Below, piece by piece: positions 42,301 to 51,191 of a DNA stretch of 64,000 nt. This DNA is from an uncultured cyanobacterium (lineage in GTDB: Bacteria > Cyanobacteriota > Cyanobacteriia > Cyanobacteriales > CAWUOF01), in assembly GCA_963744145.1 (NCBI GenBank), contig CAVUSO010000001.1:32001-96000 (forward strand), read 5' to 3'. The position numbers and the translations under genes were made by a program. Position 1 is the stretch's first letter, and every line of letters begins with the position of its first letter. The notes beneath the pieces are model-generated. The model made no database searches, was not told the DNA's origin, and saw only the letters and a list, made by a program, of their open reading frames with translations.

Positions 42301-44341
42301 GGACAAGACGATCAAACTATGGGAGGTAAAGACAGGTCAGGCACTTCACACTCTCTCTGGTCATAGTGAACAGGTCTTGAGCGTAAGTTTCAGCCCCGAT
42401 GGTCAAACCTTGGCCTCCGGTAGTAGGGACAAGATGATCAAACTATGGGAGGTAAAGATAGGGAAGGAATTTCGCCCTCTTTCTGGTCATAGTAATACGG
42501 TCTTGAGCGTAAGTTTCAGCCCCGATGGTCAAACCTTGGCCTCCGGTAGTGCAGACAAGACGATCAAACTATGGGATGTCAAGACAGGAAAGAAACTTCG
42601 CACTCTTTCTGGCCATAGTAATTTTGTCAGGAGCGTAAGTTTCAGCCCCGATGGTCAAACCTTGGCCTCTGGTAGTGATGACAAGACAATCAAACTATGG
42701 GAGGTAAAGACAGGAAAGGAACTTCGCACTCTCTCTGGCCATAGTAAGGAGGTCTATAGTATAAGTTTCAGCCCCGATGGTCAAACCTTGGCCTCCGGGA
42801 GTAGGGACAAGACGATCAAACTATGGGATGTCAAGACAGGAAAGAAACTTCGCACTCTCTCTGGCCATAGTAATACGGTCATGAGCGTAAGTTTCAGCCC
42901 CGATGGTCAAACCTTGGTCTCCGGTAGTGCAGACAAGACGATCAAACTATGGGATGTCAAGACAGGAAAGAAACTTCGCACTCTCTCTGGTCATAGTGGA
43001 TGGGTCATGAGCGTAAGTTTCAGCCCCGACGGTCAAACCTTGGCCTCCGCTAGTAGAGACAAGACGCTCAAACTATGGGATGCCAAGACAGGAAAGGAAC
43101 TTCGCACTCTCTCTGGCCATAGTAATCACATCTGGAGCGTAAATTTCAGTCCCGATGGTCAAACTTTGGCCTCCGCTAGTAGAGACAAGACGCTCAAACT
43201 ATGGGATGTCAAGACAGGAAAGGAACTTCGCACTCTCTCTGGCCATAATGATTGGGTCATAAGCGTAAGTTTCAGCTCCGATGGTCAAACTTTGGCCTCC
43301 GGGAGTAGGGACAAGACGCTCAAACGATGGGATGTCAAGACAGGGCAGGAACTTCGCCCTCTCTCTGGTCATAGTAATCACGTCTGGAGCGTAAGTTTCA
43401 GCCCCGATGGTCAAACCTTGGCCTCCGGGAGTAGGGACTATACCATCAAACGATGGGATGTCAAGACAGGGCAGGAACTTCGCCCTCTCTCTGGTCATAG
43501 TAATCACGTTAGGAGCGTAAGTTTCAGCCCCGATGGTCAAGCCTTGGCCTCTGGTAGTTATGACAAGACGATCAAACTATGGGATGTCAAGACCGGGCAG
43601 GCACTTCTCACTCTCTCTGACCATAATGATTGGGTCATAAGCGTAAGTTTCAGCTCCGATGGTCAAACTTTGGCCTCCGGGAGTAGGGACTATACCATCA
43701 AACTATGGGATGTCAAGACAGGAAAGAAACTTCGCACTCTCTCTGGCCATAGTAATACGGTCAATAGCGTAAGTTTCAGTCCCGATGGTCAAACCTTGGC
43801 CTCCGGTAGTTATGACAAGACGATCAAACTATGGGATGTCAAGACCGGGCAGGCACTTCTCACTCTTTCTGGTCATAGTGATTGTGTCTATAGCGTAGGT
43901 TTCAGCCCCGATGGTCAAACCTTGGCCTCTGGTAGTGAGGACAATCGGATCAAACTATGGGATGTCAAGACCGGGCAGGAACTTCGCGCTCTCTCTGGCC
44001 ATAGTTATGGGGTCAGGAGCGTAGGTTTCAGCCCCGATGGTCAAACCTTGGCCTCTGGTAGTGAGGACAATCGGATCAAACTATGGGATGTCAAGACCGG
44101 GCAGGAACTTCGCACTCTCTCTGGCCATAGTTATGGGGTCAATAGCGTAAGTTTCAGCCCCGATGGTCAAATCTTGGCCTCCAGTAGTGAGGACAAAACG
44201 ATCAAACTATGGAAGTTAGTAGAGTTTGATTTAAACCATCTCTTAGAAAGGGGCTGCCATTGGGTACACGCTTATTTACACAATCCTGATTCTGGTTTAG
44301 ACGAGAGTGACAGACATATTTGCGACGATATCAGGTACTGA
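39311..44341 (+). CDS. Triple-TIR protein with 21 WD40 repeats
   Basis: Three (A/V/L)F(I/L)SY...C..E TIR units, each followed by a W....LL.G..L..A..WL helical linker; 21 GH...V.SV.FSPDG..LAS...D..IKLW repeats; no Walker A motif seen. Confidence 0.93.
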   Translation: MSDSQVPKTQFYDAFISYGRADSKAFAAKLKERLQSQNLEVWLDLEEIPFGVDFQNQINDGITKADNFLFLISPHSVNSAYCRKEIDLAIELNKRIYPIWHVAEIDQETWQERNPGKSEAEWLRYKETGQHSTVPGKNPNMHPKIGEINWLPGEKDKQRDGEKRDDFEERLFTLLDTELINIVRRHQDYVRQHTVLLNQALYWKDQQKQTRYLLIGEERQKAEKWLKERKERFKEKKLAPGEPTLLHCEFICESIKNANNLMTQVFLSYAEVDISTMLQVREILLRESITVWTNQTDIQTGEVFEEAIERGIEQADNIVYLISIDALTSYYCQKEIDYALSLNKRIIPLLIKPTDLEQIPSVIRGLQFIDFTDNQTEADLRQDLDDLLNVLREEESYYEEHKMLLSKALKWEEQKRNPSILLRGYNLRHAETWLKGAERKTQHQPTTLQKEFINESLRQPPAASLDLFISYSRSDSDLARALNDELQIRGKTTWFDQESIASGADFQKEIYAGIESADNFLFILSPRSINSTYCADEVEYAAKLNKRFITILHQDVNTIELHPELAKVQWIDFRQKEGEFSANVNQLLRTLDTDREYIQNHTKWLRRAIEWENQGKNNDLLLRGSELAIADDWLKQANQGKKQPQVTELQTNFIESSRNAIEAIAKQEKQQQAKAQAQYALSLLHPREDKLDALITAIKAAKIIQKENISEIAVTAALANSVFDVKEHNRLVNHRDGVLSVSFSPDRQTLVSSSFDKTIKLWDVKTGQALRTFSGHSNAVHSVGFSPDGQTLASGSADKTIKLWDVKTGQALLTLSGHSDCVYSVGFSPDGQTLASGSADKTIKLWDVKTGQELRTLSGHSNSVFSVSFSPDGQTLASGSRDKTIKLWDVKTVQTLRPLMLLIQNMNRWLKPSMATKLGQIIRSFSNTRTLSGHSNSVFSVSFSPDGHTLASGSADKTIKLWEVKTGQALHTLSGHSEQVLSVSFSPDGQTLVSGSWDKTIKLWEVKTGQALHTLSGHSEQVLSVSFSPDGQTLASGSRDKMIKLWEVKIGKEFRPLSGHSNTVLSVSFSPDGQTLASGSADKTIKLWDVKTGKKLRTLSGHSNFVRSVSFSPDGQTLASGSDDKTIKLWEVKTGKELRTLSGHSKEVYSISFSPDGQTLASGSRDKTIKLWDVKTGKKLRTLSGHSNTVMSVSFSPDGQTLVSGSADKTIKLWDVKTGKKLRTLSGHSGWVMSVSFSPDGQTLASASRDKTLKLWDAKTGKELRTLSGHSNHIWSVNFSPDGQTLASASRDKTLKLWDVKTGKELRTLSGHNDWVISVSFSSDGQTLASGSRDKTLKRWDVKTGQELRPLSGHSNHVWSVSFSPDGQTLASGSRDYTIKRWDVKTGQELRPLSGHSNHVRSVSFSPDGQALASGSYDKTIKLWDVKTGQALLTLSDHNDWVISVSFSSDGQTLASGSRDYTIKLWDVKTGKKLRTLSGHSNTVNSVSFSPDGQTLASGSYDKTIKLWDVKTGQALLTLSGHSDCVYSVGFSPDGQTLASGSEDNRIKLWDVKTGQELRALSGHSYGVRSVGFSPDGQTLASGSEDNRIKLWDVKTGQELRTLSGHSYGVNSVSFSPDGQILASSSEDKTIKLWKLVEFDLNHLLERGCHWVHAYLHNPDSGLDESDRHICDDIRY
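41500..44215 (+). repeat. 126-bp tandem repeat array (WD40 units)
   Basis: 21 units near-identical at DNA level apart from a few codons. Confidence 0.95.
42007..42094. mobile_element. 88-bp MITE inserted in-frame in the WD40 array
   Basis: TIR GATGTTGCTGATT / ATTCAGCAACACC (11/13); 8-bp target duplication CGCCCTCT (41999-42006) / CGCACTCT (42095-42102); 96 nt added in total. Confidence 0.85.
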
Positions 44342-44360
44342 CGATATCGGTACTGTTCCT

Positions 44361-46634
44361 ATGAGTGATTCTCTACTCCCAAGTACCCTACTTTACCATG
44401 CGTTTATTTCCTATGGTCGAGCCGATAGTAAGGCTTTTGCTGCCAAACTACAAGAACGACTACAGAGTAATGGTTTTCAAGTTTGGTTTGATTTCAATGA
44501 TATTCCCTTGGGGATTGATTATCAAAATCAGATTGATGATGGGGGGATAACCAAAGCTGATAACTTTCTGTTTCTAATTTCGCCCGATTCCGTTAATTCT
44601 CCCTATTGTCGCCAAGAAATTGAACGAGCCATCGAATTAAAAAAACGCATTATTCCCATCCTGTACGTTAAACAAATTAGTCAGGAAACTTGGCAACAAC
44701 AGAATCCTGGTAAATCTGAAGCTGACTGGCAAATCTATCAGGAAAAGGGATTACATTCTACTGATCCCAAGACCAATCCCAATATGCACTCTGTCATCAG
44801 CAAAATCAATTGGATCTTTGTTCAAGAAGGGATTGATGATTTTGAGAAGGGATTGAGCGCATTAATAGATATATTTCGTCGCCATCAAGACTATGTGCGA
44901 CAACATACAGTTTTGTTGAATCAAGCAATTGACTGGGAACAGCAGCAGAAACAAACTCGTTATTTATTAATTGGGAAAGAACTGCAAACAGCAGAAATAT
45001 GGTTAAAAAAGAGGTTTAAGGAAGAACAAGCACCCTGCGAACCTACATTGCTGCATTGTGAGTTAATTTGCGAGAGTATCAAGAATGCCAATAACTTGAT
45101 GACTCAGGTGTTTCTTTCATATTCGGAAGTAGATCGTTCTACAATGCTTCAAATTCGGGAGAGATTATTACGAGAAGGGATTACGGTTTGGACAAATCAG
45201 ACAGATATCCAAACTGTTGAGGAGGTAATAAATCGGGGAATTACTCAAGCGGATAATGTGGTCTATTTGATTTCGACCGATGCACTGACATCTCATGACT
45301 GTCAGAAAGAAATTGACTATGCTCTCTCGTTGAATAAAAGAATTATTCCTTTGTTAATTAAACCAATAGATTTAGAACAAATTCCACCAACAATAAAAGG
45401 ATTACAACGGATTAACTTTACTGACAATCAGACTGAGGTGGATTTACGTCAGGATTTAGTGGATGATTTGCTCAAGGTTTTACGGGAAGATGCCAGCTAT
45501 TACGAAGAGCATAAAAAGCTGTTATGCAAGGCGTTGAAGTGGGAAAAACAGAACCGCAAACCCAGTATTTTATTGCGGGGTTACAATTTGGGTTACAATT
45601 TGCGCCATGCAGAAATTTGGTTGAAGGGAGGGGAACGGAAAACCCAACATCAGCCGACAAACTTACAAAAAGAGTTTATTAATGAAAGTTTGCTCCAGCC
45701 TCTTGAAGAATCTCTAGATGTATTTATTTCCTACTCTAGGTCTGATTCTGATCTAGCCCGTGCATTAAATGATAAGTTGCAAGTACAAGGAAAGACTACT
45801 TGGTTTGACCAAGAAAGTATTACATCAAAGACGGATTTTCAGCAAGAGATTTATCGGGTAATAGAGAGTGCGGACAATTTTTTGTTTATTTTGTCGCCAC
45901 GTTCTATTAATTCTCCTCACTGTGCTGATGAGTTTGAATATGCAGCTAAACTTAACAAACGATTTATTACTGTATTGCATCAAGATGTGAATACTACTGA
46001 ATTACATCCAGAGTTAGCTAAGATGGAGCGGATTGATTTTACGCAAGGAGCATTTGATGCGAATGTTAATGAATTGTTGAGGATTTTAGACACAGACAGG
46101 GAATATATCAAAAGTCATACTAAATTGCTGCGTCGGGCGATTGAATGGGAAAACCAAGATCAAAATAATTATTTACGGCTAAAAGGTAGTGAGCTTAGGA
46201 GCGCGTATAAATGGTTCCAAAAAACAACTCAAAGTAAAAAGCAACCTCCTGTCACAGAACTACAAACTAAGTTTATTGAGTCTAGTCATAATGCGATCAA
46301 GGAGATTGCTAAAATGGAATACGCACAACGATTCTATACGGCGAAGAAATATTCAAAAAAGATGGTATTCATGATGGTATTCATGATGGTATTATATTAC
46401 GGATTTGTCGGCTTGAACCGTATATTAATGTGGGAAAAAAGTCTCCAAAATCGAATCACACAGCTCAAAAATCAAATCACACAGGATAAAGCTGATAATG
46501 AAAATATGAACAATAACATCAAAAAGATGAACCAAAACATAAACCAACTATGCTCTACATCCGATAATTCTGATTCTGGTTTAGATGAGAAGCAAAGACA
46601 TATTTGCGATGATTACCGTACTGGGAAAAATTAA
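44361..46634 (+). CDS. Triple-TIR paralog with C-terminal hydrophobic helix and coiled coil
   Basis: Colinear with the N-terminal half of the upstream gene; WD40 replaced by MVFMMVFMMVLYYGFVGL plus coiled coil; ATG 44361 matches the paralog start TTCCTATGAGTGATTCTC. Confidence 0.9.
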   Translation: MSDSLLPSTLLYHAFISYGRADSKAFAAKLQERLQSNGFQVWFDFNDIPLGIDYQNQIDDGGITKADNFLFLISPDSVNSPYCRQEIERAIELKKRIIPILYVKQISQETWQQQNPGKSEADWQIYQEKGLHSTDPKTNPNMHSVISKINWIFVQEGIDDFEKGLSALIDIFRRHQDYVRQHTVLLNQAIDWEQQQKQTRYLLIGKELQTAEIWLKKRFKEEQAPCEPTLLHCELICESIKNANNLMTQVFLSYSEVDRSTMLQIRERLLREGITVWTNQTDIQTVEEVINRGITQADNVVYLISTDALTSHDCQKEIDYALSLNKRIIPLLIKPIDLEQIPPTIKGLQRINFTDNQTEVDLRQDLVDDLLKVLREDASYYEEHKKLLCKALKWEKQNRKPSILLRGYNLGYNLRHAEIWLKGGERKTQHQPTNLQKEFINESLLQPLEESLDVFISYSRSDSDLARALNDKLQVQGKTTWFDQESITSKTDFQQEIYRVIESADNFLFILSPRSINSPHCADEFEYAAKLNKRFITVLHQDVNTTELHPELAKMERIDFTQGAFDANVNELLRILDTDREYIKSHTKLLRRAIEWENQDQNNYLRLKGSELRSAYKWFQKTTQSKKQPPVTELQTKFIESSHNAIKEIAKMEYAQRFYTAKKYSKKMVFMMVFMMVLYYGFVGLNRILMWEKSLQNRITQLKNQITQDKADNENMNNNIKKMNQNINQLCSTSDNSDSGLDEKQRHICDDYRTGKN

Positions 46635-47103
46635 TCTAAATTACTTGGAAATATCCCTTATTTGTCAACAGTAATTCTGAGTTAAAGTGATTAATCTGGA
46701 GCAGAGCGATCGCATTTCCCCAACCAGCATAAGCAGTCTTAATTCTGATCACGATCGCCTTCTCCTCAAGATAGCATTTAGCAGCGATCGCGCCTGACTT
46801 CGCGAGAAATTGATTTAGTACGCAAATTCTAGGTTTGAGGATTGCATTACCTGTTAAAGGGTGGAACAGACATAGTTGAATAGAAACACTATTTTCAATG
46901 GTCCATGCTACGCCCTAATTTTTGATCGACAAGTTTGCTCAATATCCTTGATCGCTTTGACCTGAAAGCGATCGCCAAAATGAGATATATAAAATTTATT
47001 TTCTAATTCCTGACACCATTGCGCTAAAAGATATTATGGTACTAATACTAATGCAGATGCCTGAAAATGATCCAGTAAATATTGACGCAGAATTGCACCA
47101 GCT

Positions 47104-48009
47104 TCAATAAACACTATAACTTATTTCCTGAGTCTGGGTCAATTCGTGAGAATTGTTGACAGTTAAATAAAAATATCGTTTAGTTGTTTCTGGTAAAATC
47201 GCTCCAGTTAAGTTAACACCATCAACAGTAGCACCGATTAAAGTAGCTTCACTCAAATCTGCTTCGCTCAGATCTGCCTGACATAATCTCGCCCAATTGA
47301 GATTAGCTCTCATTAAAAAAGCTCCACTCAAATTTGCTCCCGCTAAATCTGCTCCGGTTAGTTGAGCACCTCGCATTTGTGCTTGAGTGAGATTAGCAGA
47401 GATCATATTTGCTCCTTCTAAGTTAGCCCCACTCAGTCTTGCTTCACTCATATTCACTCCATTTAAGTCAACCCCACCCAAATCAATCCCATTCATAAAA
47501 GCTTTACTGAGGTTAACTCCATTTAAAAATGCTCCTAAGAGCATTGCTCCACTGAGTTTAGCGGCACCAAGATTAGACCAATTTAAGTTAGCACCATTCA
47601 AATTGGCTCCCCGCAGATTTGCCGATTGTAAATTAGCACTACATATATTGGTACTCCACAAATTAGCACCTCTGAGGTTAGCTCCACTCAGATTGGCTCC
47701 ACTTAATTTTGCCCTTGGTAATTTAGTTTTTACCATAAAAGTTCCATTCATGACTGCTTTAGTTAAGTCGGTATCAATCAGTTTTGCTTCACCTAATTTC
47801 GCAAAACTTAGGTTTGCCCAATTGAGTGATGCTTCACTGAAATCTGTTTTTGTTAAAAATGCACGACTAAGATTTGCCCCGATTAACTTAGCTTTAGTTA
47901 AATTAACACCAATTAATATCGCTCCACTCAGATCCGCTCCCGTCAGATCCACACCAGTAAAATTTCTTTCTCCCTGTTCGTAATATCTCAGCAAACAACT
48001 AGCTTTCAT
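47104..48009 (-). CDS. Pentapeptide repeat protein
   Basis: Y..GERNF start followed by A(N/D)LxG repeats. Confidence 0.95.
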   Translation of the reverse strand: MKASCLLRYYEQGERNFTGVDLTGADLSGAILIGVNLTKAKLIGANLSRAFLTKTDFSEASLNWANLSFAKLGEAKLIDTDLTKAVMNGTFMVKTKLPRAKLSGANLSGANLRGANLWSTNICSANLQSANLRGANLNGANLNWSNLGAAKLSGAMLLGAFLNGVNLSKAFMNGIDLGGVDLNGVNMSEARLSGANLEGANMISANLTQAQMRGAQLTGADLAGANLSGAFLMRANLNWARLCQADLSEADLSEATLIGATVDGVNLTGAILPETTKRYFYLTVNNSHELTQTQEISYSVY

Positions 48010-48220
48010 GGCGATATCTCTCCAGTAACTACTTATTGAATCTAACCCAATAGCTAAGATATTAGCATTTTAAGATTGATCCCTGTTGCCAAAACGTCCA
48101 ATCTCTTTTAATCTACTAGCTAGCTAAGATGAAATTTGATCCAGTCGTTTGGCAGCCCTACTTCTAACTTTATATTATTCCCAGCTTGAATAAATAATTA
48201 ACTTTTTTTTAAAAAATTAA

Positions 48221-48241
48221 AATAAATATTTATTAAGTAGG
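48221..48241 (+). repeat. 21-bp exact direct repeat (second copy 50375-50395) within a ~45-bp imperfect repeat
   Basis: AATAAATATTTATTAAGTAGG at both sites; contains the palindrome AATAAATATTTATT. Confidence 0.65.
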
Positions 48242-48721
48242 CTGAGAAAATTAAAGGTGAAATTATGGACGTAAGTATTCGGACATAAATTCGGTTCGCT
48301 GGATCAACAATTACCAAACTTTTATTTATGAGGGGTAGTCAGCGATCGCTATTCCAAATTTCAGCACTCACGCGATCGCCCTAGAAACGGAGTGATTGCA
48401 TTTTCTTGACCACAATGTTAATCAAAATATCCCAGAAGTTAACCTGAATAATAGAAGTATCGCGTTAAGATTTTGATTTTATTAGTGCGATCGTCAGAAA
48501 GCTAGCAACTGTTGAAATATTTCAGTGAAGCCAAATGGAAAAATTTACCGCTTACCTTTGCTCTTCGAGCTTTTTTCATAAGTGAGATGCACTGGTTTAA
48601 TCCTGAGATTAGCTGGTATAATTCTTGACATTAGCATGGTTGGTGAGCTGTACGCCCCTATCAGCGAGACTCATTAGCTGTCTTTTCCGGTAACTGGGTA
48701 AGTCCGATCAGATTCAAAATT

Positions 48722-49801
48722 GTGAATAACCCTGCAAAAAAGTATCTGGTAGTAGGTGCGGGGAATATCGGTTTGGCTACGGCTGCTTTCTTAGCTGATC
48801 AAGGAGCTGATATATACTTATATACTCGACGTAAGACTACTATTGCCAAAACGAAAACACTCTACTCAACAGGACTGATCTCGTCAGGGACTCAGACGAT
48901 CGCTGAATGTTCAACAAATTTAGCCACCCTAGTAAAAAAAAGCGGAAGATTAATCCGCAGAGTAATTATCGGCTGTTGGGGAAACGATGTAGAAAACTTA
49001 GCTGTCCGATTCGCTCCCTATGTCAGTCAAGATCTGAGCATACTGCTAATCTGTTCCGGTCGCTTTGCTGGGTTGCTGTTCCTAAAGACTTTAAGTAGGT
49101 TAGGCGTTCCGCCCGATCAACTCCCCGCAGTTGCTGATGTTCATGTCAGCCCTTTCGTTAGTCGTAGCAATGCTGATGATCAGGTCAATATTATTGCCTT
49201 AAAAAATGATGTCAGCGTCGCGGCATAAACTCCAGCCATGACCGAGCAGATCCTGCAAGATTTTCAAGGGATTTTTAGCAATATTTCTCCTGTTGAATCT
49301 TTTCTAGAAGTGAATTGGCAGAAATGTGACGAGATAGTTCATATTCCCCTACTCTTGACCAGCTGGATCAACATAGAAAACCAAGAAGGGCATAATATTT
49401 ATAAAACCGCAACCCATAACACTGCTCAACTGGTTATTCAATTGGATCGAGAACGTCTGGCTGTGGGTAAGGCTCTTGGTTTTGAGTTGATGAATGTGTG
49501 CGCTGATTATGAGAGAATCTATGGGACTTCAGGCCCGTCTCTGCTGGAACATTTTCGCCAAGTTCCTGCCTATAAACAAGCAACTATCCAAAATCCTCAG
49601 CACAGATTTTTAGTTGAAGATGTGCCTTTCAGCGCTGAACCCCTGCAATCCTTGGCTGATTTCCTACAGGTAAAAACGCCTCTCCTTGATGCTTGTATTA
49701 TGTTTTCTCGTTCTTTGCTTGAGATCCCACCAACATGGACTCTGGAAGCTGAGGATTTAGAGATGCTGAAGGCAACTGCTAATTCAAGAAAAAGAACCTA
49801 A
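48722..49801 (+). pseudogene. Opine (octopine/nopaline) dehydrogenase family, interrupted by in-frame TAA at 49226-49228
   Basis: GAGNIG Rossmann motif; the second ORF is in the same frame with LDRERLAVGKALG and HRFLVEDVPF. Confidence 0.8.
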
Positions 49802-49806
49802 TTCTT

Positions 49807-50091
49807 ATGAAAGAACCTAGTTTTTATGGTCGCTTTTTCCGACTAGCTTTCTTCAATATTCTCTCTAATTTGATCGTGCCTTTAGCTGGTTTAGTTGATC
49901 TAGCATTCCTGGGGCACTTGAGCGATATTCATCACCTGGCTGGAGTCAGTTTAGCAACTGTCTTATTTGACTACATATACTGGACTTTCGGCTTTTTACG
50001 CATGGGTACAACTGGAACAACGGCTCAAGCGGTGGGATGCTCGGATTCTGAGGGCTGTGAGCAGGTTGGCAAAAAGAAGGAGAATGGTTGA
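49807..50091 (+). pseudogene. MATE (DinF-like) transporter, N-terminal fragment
   Basis: NILSNL.VPLAGLVD.AFLGHL, FLRMGTTG.TAQA.G, then similarity ends; only 94 aa. Confidence 0.85.
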
Positions 50092-50534
50092 CTAACGTTG
50101 CCCTAATATTTGATATTGATAAAGCACCTATAGGTCACTTTCCAGGTCGCATAAGTTTAATAATGGTCAATAGCAGTCTTTATGGTTGGGTCTGTTCAAT
50201 TTCGTTGAACATAACAGAGCTTTTTGCTCGTCTAGATAATTGTAACCTGTAAGATTCTAAAAACTCTAATTTATTACTAATTGCGATCGCGCTTCTCAAC
50301 CCCAACCAAAAACGCAATATTGCGCGATCGCCAAGTCTAAAAAATCCTACCAACTTTTTTTGTTAAACAATTAGAATAAATATTTATTAAGTAGGTTGAC
50401 TTTTTTTCTAATCTATGCAAAGATGAAATTTGTGAAACCCCGGTAAGCCGCTAGACTTATCGGGGTTTAAAATCAAGTAAGTGATCTGGTTCGTTCTGAA
50501 CGCTAGACAGTTATTTAAGTGTTTGTGCTTTAAT

Positions 50535-50550
50535 TAGATAGATTGTTCTA
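50535..50550. promoter_or_regulatory. Putative TetR/NemR-type operator
   Basis: TAGATAGATTGTTCTA, imperfect palindrome resembling the NemR box TAGACCnnnnGGTCTA, 10 nt upstream of the osmC-like ATG; a NemR-like regulator ends the operon. Confidence 0.5.
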
Positions 50551-50560
50551 TTTACAAATT

Positions 50561-51097
50561 ATGACTGAAGTAACCATCTCAACCCAAACCCCTCTTCGCC
50601 CAGTCAGTAAGACAGGGTTAGAAAATCTGGCAGCAACAGCGAAAGCCAACCCCAATGTGGTCAAATCTCTAAAGATTAAAACGGTCTGTGAGGGACAGTT
50701 TCGCAACTTAAACTATGCACGAAATTTACCAGAGCAAGTAATTGATGAACCCCCAAGCTTACTGGGTCAAGATACCGCACCTAACCCCTCGGAAGCTGTA
50801 TTAGCGGCACTTGGTTCTTGTTTATCCGTGGGGATTCATGCTAATGCGATTATGCGGGGTATTACCCTAACCAAGCTGGAATTGGAGCTAGAAGGCGATC
50901 TTAATATCACTGGGGTTTGGGGAATCGGCGATCTATCGGAAAAGCGACTTGGCTTTACTGATATTCGTGTGAAGGTCGATTTAGAGGGTGATGCTAGTCG
51001 CGAAGCTTTAGATGATCTAGTTGCTCACTCCAATACTTGGTCACCTGTCGCTAATACCCTCCGTAACCCGGTTAATCTGGCGGTTTCCCTCGCCTAA
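50561..51097 (+). CDS. OsmC family protein
   Basis: DEP..LLGQDTAPNPSE..LAALGSCL; SPV in place of the usual CPV. Confidence 0.88.
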   Translation: MTEVTISTQTPLRPVSKTGLENLAATAKANPNVVKSLKIKTVCEGQFRNLNYARNLPEQVIDEPPSLLGQDTAPNPSEAVLAALGSCLSVGIHANAIMRGITLTKLELELEGDLNITGVWGIGDLSEKRLGFTDIRVKVDLEGDASREALDDLVAHSNTWSPVANTLRNPVNLAVSLA

Positions 51098-51121
51098 ACG
51101 CGGTTTGGCTTTCCATCTTCA

Positions 51122-51152
51122 GCCAGACTCTATTTGCTCACAAGAGTCTGGC
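51122..51152 (+). other. Intercistronic stem-loop
   Basis: GCCAGACTCT / AGAGTCTGGC 10-bp stem, no U-tract. Confidence 0.5.
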
Positions 51153-51191
51153 ATCTAGAAAGTGTTTCACCATTTTTGTAGAGATTAACCT

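Noticed and set aside
41500-44215. Diversity-generating retroelement target or CRISPR-like array
   Set aside because: Units are coding WD40 repeats with no unique spacers. No reverse transcriptase or template repeat is in the window, and variable codons change at all three positions rather than in an adenine-restricted pattern.
46700-46980. Cluster of HIP1 sites as a special element
   Set aside because: HIP1 is dense throughout the window and no additional structure could be supported.
47387-47983. 198-aa plus-strand ORF
   Set aside because: Antisense shadow of the pentapeptide repeat gene. The same applies to the short ORFs overlapping the FHA, RTX, pyrH, TIR and ABC genes.
48560-48720. 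Riboswitch upstream of the opine dehydrogenase
   Set aside because: No recognisable guanidine, SAM or cobalamin consensus elements.
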